Shown here: positions 27,419 to 36,970 of the stretch, piece after piece | Layout: each line of letters begins with the position of its first letter | Position numbering within the stretch: the first letter of the stretch is position 1 | IMG/VR virus record: IMGVR_UViG_3300028198_000003 | Coordinates: 1 to 61,047 of that record | Length of the DNA: 61,047 bases | Source of the DNA: a virus | Taxonomy: Duplodnaviria; Caudoviricetes | Reading direction: 5' to 3' (one strand) | Program-made: the position numbers and the translations under genes | The notes under the pieces: generated by a model | Databases searched by the model: none | What the model saw: the letters and a program-made list of their open reading frames with translations, nothing else | What the model was told of the DNA's origin: nothing

Positions 27419-28804
27419 TTAACCGAACAGTGCTTTTCTTATATTATCACCGATTTCCATAACATGCCAGCCACCATCATTGGATACTGCCCTACATGCA
27501 AGAGCCAAACTGTCAGGATAGTCGTCATGATCATCTGATTTGATTTTCATTATGCCTGACTCTGTATACTCTCTTCGTAGATATGATAATTGATATATTA
27601 GTTTGTTAAATTGTTTAAGTTTAATCTTATGGTTCTCAAATATCAGTCTTAGATTCTTATACATTTCTGCTTTCTCTTGGAGAGTGAACACAACTCCTCT
27701 TACTGGTAGTTGTCTCTCATTACACATGTCTACTAGACCTCCACCCAACCCTGTCTCGTCTATAAATACTGTCTCTATTCTATAATCTCTAACCATATCC
27801 TGTATTCTTCCTGCCACATCTACCACATTAGACTGACCTTCTGCCTCTACATGTTCTACAAATACCGTATCATCATCATCTACTTTTATCACAGTGAATA
27901 CAGTTTCATCTCTACCTGTCCTAGCTATGTCCACACCCATGTAACATCTTACATTATTACCCTTTGGTCTTTTATCTGATATGGCATCTGTGATCAAACT
28001 GTTTGGAATTAATGCATCACCAATATCCAAGAACTCTCCTTCAACTTCTTGAACAAATTCTTCTTTGGTTAATCTTTTAATCTCTTCTATGAATGTAGGA
28101 TCTGATTGAATCAGTGGGTTTTCCATTGACTTTACATGGAACTCTGTCCACATGCCTTCTGGGTTTCTAGGTGATGAGTTCTGACACGCTTCATAAAAGT
28201 ATCCATTCTTACTGAACGGTGTTGAGGTAAGCCATACCTTTGCCTGTGTTGCCATACCAGATGGCAAAAATGCTCTGAGTATATCTGTCTTAATGAAAGA
28301 ACATTCGTCAGCAATGATTACATGGGGAGAATAACCTCTGAGTCCTGTACCAGTTTCACCTGTTGCCCTTGTAATTATCTTGCTCATTCCTGTATTGTCT
28401 AAAAAGTTTAACCATAATTCTGTTTGTGTATTTCTTACCACATATCCTTTAAGGAAATCATTCTTCATCACTAGGGTTCTAATCCTATCAAACATGATAC
28501 TAGCCTGATTTTGAGTAGGTGCTGCTATAACTATGATACATTCATTATTTACTGTCTCGGATAATAACGGAGCAAAGAAAGCAAAGTGTACTGTCTTCAC
28601 TGCAGTTGACATTGTTTTACCCACCTGTCTTCCCGATCTATATACTATGAATCTATCTTTACAGTCAACATACTTTCTGTTATACTCAAATAACTTATGA
28701 CCTAAGAATACCTCACTAAATACACTTGGTTTATGAACACAGTCAACTATACTCTGCATGAAGTTTGCCCTCTCTGCTATGATTTCTTTAGTAGGTTGTG
28801 GCAT
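27419..28804 (-). CDS. terL: Terminase large subunit
   Basis: GRQVGKT, APTQNQA, IIADE, TSTP, GVDIARTGRDET, IDETGLG, DDYPDSLALA. Confidence 0.95.
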   Translation of the reverse strand: MPQPTKEIIAERANFMQSIVDCVHKPSVFSEVFLGHKLFEYNRKYVDCKDRFIVYRSGRQVGKTMSTAVKTVHFAFFAPLLSETVNNECIIVIAAPTQNQASIMFDRIRTLVMKNDFLKGYVVRNTQTELWLNFLDNTGMSKIITRATGETGTGLRGYSPHVIIADECSFIKTDILRAFLPSGMATQAKVWLTSTPFSKNGYFYEACQNSSPRNPEGMWTEFHVKSMENPLIQSDPTFIEEIKRLTKEEFVQEVEGEFLDIGDALIPNSLITDAISDKRPKGNNVRCYMGVDIARTGRDETVFTVIKVDDDDTVFVEHVEAEGQSNVVDVAGRIQDMVRDYRIETVFIDETGLGGGLVDMCNERQLPVRGVVFTLQEKAEMYKNLRLIFENHKIKLKQFNKLIYQLSYLRREYTESGIMKIKSDDHDDYPDSLALACRAVSNDGGWHVMEIGDNIRKALFG

Positions 28805-29322
28805 TAGTCCCCTGTCTTTTGTGCTTTGATCTGTCGGAATATAGATTCTATATCACCCAGTTTGTTGAACCTCTGTTCTTCACTGACAACTATCTTACTA
28901 GATATTTCACCTATGGTTGATATGATTTTAAGTAAAGTATTGACTTCTGATTTAGTATTTCTATCTGGTATGTTACCATCAAATTTACTTTCAGTCAATG
29001 CCATGAGTACATTTTCAAATGATAGTTTGGCTAACATATCTAGCATAGTTTTAACATGTTCTGGGTTACGTGTATCAAGTTCATTAATTAATGCAATGAA
29101 ATCTTTTCGTATGGCACACATTGCACCCTCTTCATACTTTGGACACTTGCCATTACCACCTGAATCAATAGAACGGTATACACATTGATCACATAGTGCA
29201 GGTATGTTTGCAGTTTTAAGATGTTTGGCTGAGTTGAATGGTGATACAGTCTTGTGTCCATCAACTACCACCTTTGAAGCATGCTTATCTAAAGGTTTAA
29301 TCTTAAATATATCTCCTTCCAT
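28804..29322 (-). CDS. Candidate terminase small subunit
   Basis: Immediately upstream of terL; helical C-terminus and Cys cluster; positional inference. Confidence 0.45.
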   Translation of the reverse strand: MEGDIFKIKPLDKHASKVVVDGHKTVSPFNSAKHLKTANIPALCDQCVYRSIDSGGNGKCPKYEEGAMCAIRKDFIALINELDTRNPEHVKTMLDMLAKLSFENVLMALTESKFDGNIPDRNTKSEVNTLLKIISTIGEISSKIVVSEEQRFNKLGDIESIFRQIKAQKTGD

Positions 29323-29348
29323 ATATAACTTTAACTAAAACAAAGTAT

Positions 29349-30119
29349 TTAAAGATTAAAATTATCTTTCAATATGTTTAATTGTTTACACATTGGTAAG
29401 TATAGTAAAGCGAACGGTGCTTTTAATAATGCTTTGTAATCACCATCAATTATGTCCTGCTTATTTAAATTAATTAACTCAAGATATTCCTTATGTACCT
29501 CACATGCATGATTTAGCATGGGTATCATAGTCTTTCCTTTGTCTCCAAAGAACATAAAGTTAGTAGAGTTGTTATTCCATACCTCACATTTCTTTGACAT
29601 GGCTGCAGAAATCCACCCTGATGTATCCAATGATTCAAACAGTTTAGTTTTTGTTGTGTATCTTCCTTTTGCCAACCCATGATATTTTAAGTTGGGAGGA
29701 AGTTTTCTTATCTGATCTTCTGTTTCATCTCTTCCATGTACCTCGCCTAGACATACATAGGTATCTGGTTCTAGTCTTAACTGTGAAAGATGATTAAGAT
29801 AGTTCTCTTGTAGTACAGGTATTGTCCAATCTATACCCATCTCTCTTTCTTTTCTATAATGTTTTAATGTCTCATTCATATTATACATTACATCATACTG
29901 TATGGCATAGTCATATACTCCTCTATGTTTCTTTAACAGTTCATAGTATCTTTCTGGTTCGGTTTTAGTACCTGCCACAACGAATAACTTATCAAACCTA
30001 TCCCTAAACTTGGTGATATTGGCATAAGAATACTTGAAAGAGAGGACTACATTCTTGACTTTACATTCTTGCAAGGCTTCCATGTGAGCCTTGTTGTTTC
30101 CATTGAAATATATTTTCAA
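29349..30119 (-). CDS. tRNA-guanine transglycosylase/DpdA-like TIM-barrel protein
   Basis: MKIYF.G, LSF, YDV, IPV, YVCLG, YHGL, SLDTSGW pattern; the usual DSG motif reads VVAG. Confidence 0.6.
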   Translation of the reverse strand: MKIYFNGNNKAHMEALQECKVKNVVLSFKYSYANITKFRDRFDKLFVVAGTKTEPERYYELLKKHRGVYDYAIQYDVMYNMNETLKHYRKEREMGIDWTIPVLQENYLNHLSQLRLEPDTYVCLGEVHGRDETEDQIRKLPPNLKYHGLAKGRYTTKTKLFESLDTSGWISAAMSKKCEVWNNNSTNFMFFGDKGKTMIPMLNHACEVHKEYLELINLNKQDIIDGDYKALLKAPFALLYLPMCKQLNILKDNFNL

Positions 30120-30208
30120 CTATGACACTCACATTTACATGGCTCTAGTCCAGCATATTGTTGTGGACAAGTTTTATGTTTACTGTCTTTACAAGCAGGA
30201 TAAATCAT
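30116..30208 (-). CDS. 30-aa Cys/His micro-protein (paralog B)
   Basis: Translated by hand: MIYPACKDSKHKTCPQQYAGLEPCKCECHS. Confidence 0.6.
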   Translation of the reverse strand: MIYPACKDSKHKTCPQQYAGLEPCKCECHS

Positions 30209-30325
30209 TTATTCACCTGCTATCTTATGACACATGCATTGGCATTTAATGTTAAGTCTTTCTACAGGACAATCAAAATGCCTATGAGTGTGACACTCAG
30301 GTGATATTATTTTTATTCCTTCCAT
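30209..30325 (-). CDS. 38-aa Cys/His micro-protein (paralog A)
   Basis: Translated by hand: MEGIKIISPECHTHRHFDCPVERLNIKCQCMCHKIAGE. Confidence 0.6.
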   Translation of the reverse strand: MEGIKIISPECHTHRHFDCPVERLNIKCQCMCHKIAGE

Positions 30326-31098
30326 TTTGTCCTGTTATCCTCAAAGCAAGTTGATGCAAAAGGACACATTCCATCACAAAGGAAACATTTAGTTCTCTCT
30401 GGGAGAGTACACTCAGTCATTGCATCTTTAATTATCCTAGATTTCTCAATCATATCAGCAAGAGTTTCTTCTATTGGTTTAAGTTTAAATGCCATAGGTA
30501 TAGGTATGTCACGTTTTTCCTTTTCAATCTTGTTAGAGATATATATTACACAACCAAAAGTTGCATCAATATCATAGCATTTCTTTAGTAATACCCTGTA
30601 TCTATTGATCTGATCTGTGTGACTTTCACTTGGTTTAGAGTTATACCTACTAAAGTAATCAATAGATCCTGTCGTCTTTTTGTCACAAATTATCCATTTT
30701 CCGTCAATTTCTATCAAATCATCTATACTGCCATATATAATATCCAAGTGTTCTGGATCTTCTGCAGGTATTTTTAATGCTTCTTCTCTTGTAAGAGGTT
30801 CATCTTTTACATAGTTATATGCTAAGAACATTTCATTATGTTTTGGTTCTGCTATCATTGAATTTGAATGTACTATCTGTCCAAAGTAAAGTGACTTCAT
30901 ATCCTCAGTACTCATTGAATGAGGAGTTATTTTATTATAAATTACATTTCTCATACATGGTTTAATTACATCTGACACATGTATCACACCAAGTCTCTCT
31001 GTTTTCATGGCTTCCATCTGTGCTCTTCTGTATTCAAAATATACTTTTTCTTTGATATTATCTAATGTTAACATACATATACATAATGTATCATACAT
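30313..31098 (-). CDS. Cas4-like PD-(D/E)xK exonuclease with Fe-S Cys motif (start probably MLTL at 31074)
   Basis: HVSD..C.R, G..VH, GSIDD, DKKT, QINRY, CFLCDGMCPFASTC. Confidence 0.85.
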   Translation of the reverse strand: MYDTLCICMLTLDNIKEKVYFEYRRAQMEAMKTERLGVIHVSDVIKPCMRNVIYNKITPHSMSTEDMKSLYFGQIVHSNSMIAEPKHNEMFLAYNYVKDEPLTREEALKIPAEDPEHLDIIYGSIDDLIEIDGKWIICDKKTTGSIDYFSRYNSKPSESHTDQINRYRVLLKKCYDIDATFGCVIYISNKIEKEKRDIPIPMAFKLKPIEETLADMIEKSRIIKDAMTECTLPERTKCFLCDGMCPFASTCFEDNRTKWKE

Positions 31099-31106
31099 AT
31101 AAATGT

Positions 31107-31658
31107 TTAGACACTATAATCTTTCTTTGCTTGTTTGATTGGTATGTATGGTATTGTGATTGGCAACCAAATAAATTTATGTCGTATCCAAAACTTGATA
31201 GTTTTCTTTGAACCATACCAGTTATCATGTACAATTACTGTTGCTGCTGCACCCTTAGTACCTGCCCTTCCTTCTGGTGCGTCATATTTTCTAGTGATAT
31301 GATGTGTACCAATACCGTCTTGGTATACTGCATGAAGTAATTCATGTGCAAGAGGCATTATATTAGATCTAAGTATGAATGGATTCTTACTATCATTGAC
31401 AAACATATAGATTACTTTCTTTCCAGTTACACCCCATGCTATACCATCACTGGTTTCAATATCAAGGTGTTCATAGAATTTCTTGAACTCTTCCTGTTTG
31501 GTAGTAGGTATTATGTTAAGTTCCCAATTATCCTTAAAATTCTCCCAAGCATAGTATCCTGATAGATGTTTACCGTTACTGCCGTTAAGCATGATAGTGC
31601 GACAAACAATATCTGTATACCTATTGGTATCAATATTTTTCGTATAGAAATTAATCAT
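31107..31658 (-). CDS. Putative zincin metallopeptidase
   Basis: AHELLHA with a downstream VHD. Confidence 0.6.
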   Translation of the reverse strand: MINFYTKNIDTNRYTDIVCRTIMLNGSNGKHLSGYYAWENFKDNWELNIIPTTKQEEFKKFYEHLDIETSDGIAWGVTGKKVIYMFVNDSKNPFILRSNIMPLAHELLHAVYQDGIGTHHITRKYDAPEGRAGTKGAAATVIVHDNWYGSKKTIKFWIRHKFIWLPITIPYIPIKQAKKDYSV

Positions 31659-31664
31659 TTTTAT

Positions 31665-31811
31665 CTAGTAATTTCCTATGTTTGAACATAAACAAGGTTT
31701 GCTTGGATCATCTGCTGAAGGTGCTACACACCCAGTATTTTGATCATGTGCTTCCTGTGAGTGACCACATTCTGCACAAGCCCCTGATGCTACGAATATT
31801 ATATCTGTCAT
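31665..31811 (-). CDS. 48-aa Cys/His micro-protein
   Basis: Translated by hand: CAECGH...H....C...CLC. Confidence 0.6.
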   Translation of the reverse strand: MTDIIFVASGACAECGHSQEAHDQNTGCVAPSADDPSKPCLCSNIGNY

Positions 31812-32164
31812 TAGTAACTCTCCTCAATGGTGAAATTAAAAGTTTGCGTTTGTTCTGATATGACATCAGATGTGTTTCTTAACTCTACTTCCCCTGCCCA
31901 AATACCTGCTTTGGCTGCTGTTATCTCTGTACTACCAAATGTTACAGATACTATTCCACTGGATCTAGTGCCATATACAATGGATTTGTCTATTAAAAGA
32001 GTACCATCTGGTTGCCATACCTTCCATTTGCCTGAATAAAATGTAGTACTATTAGTCAAATCCCTTGCCGTTCCATCAGCGTTCTTAATGGTAAGTTCAA
32101 GCGTAGTAGTACTGCCTACCTTTATGGTAAAAGATGTTGATCTTGGTGTCATATCCATGCTCAT
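31811..32164 (-). CDS. Ig-like (BppU N-terminal-like) virion protein
   Basis: IKVG.T..L.L..ADG...DLT...G.V......AG.W.GEVEL pattern. Confidence 0.6.
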   Translation of the reverse strand: MSMDMTPRSTSFTIKVGSTTTLELTIKNADGTARDLTNSTTFYSGKWKVWQPDGTLLIDKSIVYGTRSSGIVSVTFGSTEITAAKAGIWAGEVELRNTSDVISEQTQTFNFTIEESY

Positions 32165-35100
32165 GTGTCTTCACCCTTTATATCCTGACTTCGTTTATTA
32201 ACTTTCGCATTTTTACTCCTATCATGTACTTCCTGAGAGCCCTTTCTGCTTAGTCTAGTAGTCTTGGATCTGCCTTTGAGGCTAGAGGTTCTGTCTCTTC
32301 TGTTGATTCTTATAGTTCTTCTTACCCTTACAAGTCCATCTCTCAAGTCCTTGATTATTGATTCTACTACCTGAACAGTCTCAGTTATTACTTGTGTAAT
32401 TATGAATAGTCTTGAAATTGGCTCAGATATTCTAATTATACTATTAACAACAATAGATATTACTTTCTTCCTACTTCTAAATGCTAGTATATTAACAGTC
32501 TCAGTTACATTCTTAATACTACCAATTATTGTATTCTTTAATTCAGATATGTTAATTGTATCAGATACTATCTTTGATAAACCTCTTAATCTTGGAATGG
32601 TTTCTGATAATTGTATAGTTTCAGTTATGATTCTGAGTATTTCTCTTGATCTATCTCTGAATGATTGTATGGATATGGTTTCATTTACATGTTTTATCAA
32701 GTCTTTGAGTCTTGAGATTGATTCTGAAATACTTACTGCATCAGTGATTGTTTTTATTACTCCTCTTAATTTGACATTGCCATCACTAATAGATATTGAC
32801 TCAGTAAATGCTCTTGACCAACCTTGTGCAAATGATTCAGATACAGATATGTTTTCAGTTATGATTCTGAGTAGTCCTCTCGCCCTGTCTCTGAATGACT
32901 GTATTGATACTGTCTCATTGATATGTTTTATCAAGTCTTTGAGTCTTGAGACTGTCTCAGATACATTGACGGTATCAGTTATTGTTCTACCTAGTGAACG
33001 TAATGATATTAATCCTGTAGATATATTAACTGTGTTAGATATTATCTTTATGATTTCTTTTAATGTAACTCTGGTTTCTGCTACGTTGACTGTATCAGAT
33101 AAGATTCTACTCAACTCTCTATATAATATATAGACATCTGAGGTTTGAACTGTGTCAGTAATTGTCTTTATTACTCCTCTTGATCTTATTCTTGTTTCAG
33201 ATATACTCATTGATTCAGATATAATTCTTCTGATTACTCTGAGTCTATCTCTAAATGCCAATATGTTTACAGTCTCAGATACTATCTTTCTAATGTCTTT
33301 GAGTTTTGAGATTGATTCAGATATGCTTACTGATTTTGTTATCACTCTGCTCAATATTCTGTAAGTCAATAATGATTCTGCAACATTCATGGTGTTTGTT
33401 ACTACTCTCTTGATTGAAAGTATTCTTGATAATGTTTCAGATATGTTTACAGATTGAGTCAACACTCTTCTCATTGTAAGTAATACCAATGCTTCTTTAT
33501 ACACTGTTTGGAACACATTGTTTTGGAATATGTTCTGGAATATTCCTGATAGGTTAACTGCAACTGTCTCGTTGACACTCTTTATCCAACCCTTGTAGAC
33601 GTTTTCAGATACAGATAACGTGTTGTTGATAATTCTAATTAGTACTCTTAGTCTATCTCTAAATGCCAACACGTTGACTGTCTCGTTGATCAATCTTCTT
33701 AATACTCTTCTTGGTGTCAATGAAGTTACTATCTGTATTGACTCGTTTACATGTTTGGTGTGTGATTTGAGTCTAGTTATTATTTCAGATACGTTGATTG
33801 TATCTGAAACAATCTTTGCAAGTCCTCTGAGTCTTGGTACAGTTTCAGATATGCTTACTGATTTTGTAATCACTCTGCTCAACATTCTTAATCTTGATTT
33901 AGTAGTAGATATGTTGACTTCATCAGTAACTATTCTTCCTAATACTCTGAGTCTAACTCTTACTTCTGTTACACTTACTGTGTCAGATAACACTCTACCT
34001 AACACTCTGTATAACATGTATGAATCTGAGGTTTTAACTGTATCAGTAATTGTCTTTATTACTCCTCTTAATCTTATTCTTGACTCATTCATGTTTACAG
34101 TTTCAGTTACAATTCTTCTGATTACTCTTAATCTGTCTCTAAATACTAGTACATTAACAGTTTCAGATATGGTTCTAGTTAATACACGTAGTCTAACTAT
34201 TGATTCTGATAATTGAATAGTGTTATTCAATATTCTAATCAACACTTTTCTTGGTGTGAATGATGTTGCTATTCGTATTGACTCGTTCACATGCTTGGTG
34301 TGAGATTTGAGTCTAGTTACTATCTCAGATACGCTGACTGTCTCGGATACAATCTTTGCAATTCCTCTGAGTCTTGAAATTGATTCAGATATGCTGACAG
34401 ATTTGGTTATTGTTCTTGTCAAAACTCTGAGTCTTGGGAACGTGGTGGACACACTTACTGACTCAGTGAATGACCTGCTCCAACCCTGTGCGAATGACTC
34501 AGATATAGATGTACTGCTGGTTACTATTCTTCTTAACACTCTTAACACTATGTTTCCATCAGATATGCTTACACTCTCAGTAAATGATCTTGACCATTTC
34601 TTTCCAAATGCTTCTGCTACTTGCACGACATCAGTGATGATTCTTGTTATGGATCTGTTTCTTACTCTAAATGCCAACACGTTGACTGTCTCGTTGACAT
34701 GTTTTATTAGATCTTTAAGTCTTGAAATGTTCTCAGATACAGATAACGTACTGTTGATAATTCTAGTTAGTGCCCTGTATTTTAATACTGATTCAGATAC
34801 ACTCAACGTGTTATTGATGGTTCTTCTCATGCCTCTTATCCTTATAGCCTCTGATATTCCTTGGAACACGTTGTTCTGGAACACGTTTGACTGGAATACC
34901 TTTTTACCTATGTCAACGGTATCGGTAAACACTTTCAACATTACCGTGTATCTTGCGAATGATTCTGATACCTGTATGGTTGATGTTACAACTCTCTTGA
35001 TAGATCTATACCATTTAGAAGCATCTGCAACCTGCATTGATTCTATGAATGATCTAGTTATACCTCTGAGTCTTGGCACTGTCTCAGATATACTAATAGA

Positions 35101-36960
35101 GTTATTTATGATTCTAAGTAATACTCTTAATCTGTCTCTAAATGCTAATATGTTTACAGTCTCAGCAACTAATTTAATTAATACCTTAGATCTGATTATT
35201 GATTCAGATGTACTTATGGTACTGTTGACTCTCTTTATCCAACCTTTGTATAACGACTCAGATAATGATATGGTGCTGTCTATTACCCTTCTCAATGATG
35301 TGAGTCTTACATAAGAGTGTGCTACATTAACAATACTGTTTGCTACCTTTACAAATCCAAGTGCTCTAGCCTGATTATCTGATATGTTTAATGTATTGTT
35401 AATTATTCTACCTAGACCTCTAAAGTCATTAATGATTTCACTATGTTGAATTGTCTCACTTATCACTCTTGTGAACTGTTCTAACTTGGTTCTAAATGCT
35501 AGTATGTTTACTGTCTCGTTATACACTTTCTTCATTATAGATGATCGTATTGCTGAGCCTGCTACTTGAACAGTGTTAGTGAACACTCTCTTGATAACCA
35601 TTAATCTGTTCTCTGACTGTGATACACTTACAGTATCAGATAATATTCTTCCTAATGATACATGTTTATTGAAGGAGTCAGATACACTGACAGTCTTATT
35701 AATTATTCTATTCAATCCTCTTATTACGATAGCCTCTACATTTACATTCTGGAACACATTGGATTGGAATATATTAGACTGGAATAATCCTATTATGTTA
35801 ATAGAAATAGTATTGTTTACTAACATGGTTATGGATTGGAAGTAATTCTTAACCTCTGCTACCTGTACTGAGTCAGTAACTATCTTTCTAAGTGCTCTGA
35901 GCCTGTCTCTAAAGGCTAATATATTGACTGTCTCTGATACAATCTTTCTTATATCCATTAACTTTGCCTTTGATTCGGCTGCCTGTACTGCATGAGTTAC
36001 AACTTTTTTGATTCCTCGTAACATCTTGAAAGCATCACTTGCCTGAACTGTTTCAGATACAACTCTTACCTTTCCTAATAACGCAACAGTTTCATCAATA
36101 GTATTTTGGAATACACTGTTCTGGAATACATTGGACTGGAATACTGCCTTACCTATTGACAATACTTCTGATATGATTTTAGTTATATTGAACACAGGCA
36201 TGTTTACTGCGACAATATTAACAGTATTATTGACTCTCTTAATCCAACCCTTGTATAGAGATTCTGATAGACTAATACCCTCACTTATTACTCTTTTAAT
36301 ACCCCTTGATCTGTCTCTGAATGACTGTATGGATATGGTTTCTGTTACGGTCTTTATTCTTTCTCTTAACAGTATGGATTCATCTAAAGATAACTGGAAC
36401 ACGTTGTTCTGGAATATATTGGATTGGAATACTGCCTTACCCACAGTTACTATCTCACTTATGACCTTTCTAATTCCTCTTGATTTTACTATTGAACTGG
36501 CTACCTGCATGGTCTTGTTTATAATTCTCTTGATAGAAAGTCGTCTTACCTTTGACTCTGATGTTTGTTCAGTCTCTAACAAAGATCTTAGTATGGTCAT
36601 ATATTTCTCCATTGATTCCTGAGTGTTCACGGTTTCATTTAATGCCCTTGACAGTCCTCTTAGTATAATTCTTTGTTCTGTGGTTTGAACGTTATCTGAT
36701 ACGAGTTTAAGGATTGCTCTAAGTCTACTTCTAAATGCCTGTATGGATATTGTCTCATCAAGTGATCTTATTAATGACTGTAATTTTGCTTTAGATTCTA
36801 CTGTGTTTATAGTCTCATTGATAACTCTAAGTATTGTTGTAGGTACGTCAAATACGTTGTTCTGGAACACGTTCTTTTGAAATACAGGAGAACCGTATCC
36901 CTGTTGGAACACACTGTTCTGAAATACATTTGATTGGAATACTTGTGCAATAACTGCCAA
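32161..36960 (-). CDS. Giant basic repeat protein (1599 aa, ~23-aa period, FQxNxFQ modules); probable virion fibre
   Basis: Repeats such as ETVNILAFRDRLR and ESISRLK; seven VFQSNVFQNNVFQ-like blocks; located in the tail cluster. Confidence 0.75.
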   Translation of the reverse strand: MAVIAQVFQSNVFQNSVFQQGYGSPVFQKNVFQNNVFDVPTTILRVINETINTVESKAKLQSLIRSLDETISIQAFRSRLRAILKLVSDNVQTTEQRIILRGLSRALNETVNTQESMEKYMTILRSLLETEQTSESKVRRLSIKRIINKTMQVASSIVKSRGIRKVISEIVTVGKAVFQSNIFQNNVFQLSLDESILLRERIKTVTETISIQSFRDRSRGIKRVISEGISLSESLYKGWIKRVNNTVNIVAVNMPVFNITKIISEVLSIGKAVFQSNVFQNSVFQNTIDETVALLGKVRVVSETVQASDAFKMLRGIKKVVTHAVQAAESKAKLMDIRKIVSETVNILAFRDRLRALRKIVTDSVQVAEVKNYFQSITMLVNNTISINIIGLFQSNIFQSNVFQNVNVEAIVIRGLNRIINKTVSVSDSFNKHVSLGRILSDTVSVSQSENRLMVIKRVFTNTVQVAGSAIRSSIMKKVYNETVNILAFRTKLEQFTRVISETIQHSEIINDFRGLGRIINNTLNISDNQARALGFVKVANSIVNVAHSYVRLTSLRRVIDSTISLSESLYKGWIKRVNSTISTSESIIRSKVLIKLVAETVNILAFRDRLRVLLRIINNSISISETVPRLRGITRSFIESMQVADASKWYRSIKRVVTSTIQVSESFARYTVMLKVFTDTVDIGKKVFQSNVFQNNVFQGISEAIRIRGMRRTINNTLSVSESVLKYRALTRIINSTLSVSENISRLKDLIKHVNETVNVLAFRVRNRSITRIITDVVQVAEAFGKKWSRSFTESVSISDGNIVLRVLRRIVTSSTSISESFAQGWSRSFTESVSVSTTFPRLRVLTRTITKSVSISESISRLRGIAKIVSETVSVSEIVTRLKSHTKHVNESIRIATSFTPRKVLIRILNNTIQLSESIVRLRVLTRTISETVNVLVFRDRLRVIRRIVTETVNMNESRIRLRGVIKTITDTVKTSDSYMLYRVLGRVLSDTVSVTEVRVRLRVLGRIVTDEVNISTTKSRLRMLSRVITKSVSISETVPRLRGLAKIVSDTINVSEIITRLKSHTKHVNESIQIVTSLTPRRVLRRLINETVNVLAFRDRLRVLIRIINNTLSVSENVYKGWIKSVNETVAVNLSGIFQNIFQNNVFQTVYKEALVLLTMRRVLTQSVNISETLSRILSIKRVVTNTMNVAESLLTYRILSRVITKSVSISESISKLKDIRKIVSETVNILAFRDRLRVIRRIISESMSISETRIRSRGVIKTITDTVQTSDVYILYRELSRILSDTVNVAETRVTLKEIIKIISNTVNISTGLISLRSLGRTITDTVNVSETVSRLKDLIKHINETVSIQSFRDRARGLLRIITENISVSESFAQGWSRAFTESISISDGNVKLRGVIKTITDAVSISESISRLKDLIKHVNETISIQSFRDRSREILRIITETIQLSETIPRLRGLSKIVSDTINISELKNTIIGSIKNVTETVNILAFRSRKKVISIVVNSIIRISEPISRLFIITQVITETVQVVESIIKDLRDGLVRVRRTIRINRRDRTSSLKGRSKTTRLSRKGSQEVHDRSKNAKVNKRSQDIKGEDT

Positions 36961-36970
36961 GTTTGACTAC

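Noticed and set aside
19260-28804. Inteins in MCM or TerL
   Set aside because: Normal lengths, contiguous motifs and no splice-junction signatures.
30313-31098. CRISPR-Cas locus suggested by the Cas4-like gene
   Set aside because: No cas1/cas2 and no repeat-spacer array seen; stand-alone Cas4-like nucleases are common in archaeal viruses.
32402-36622. Long + strand ORFs antisense to the 1599-aa gene
   Set aside because: Shadow frames caused by repetitive codon usage; they oppose the operon direction.
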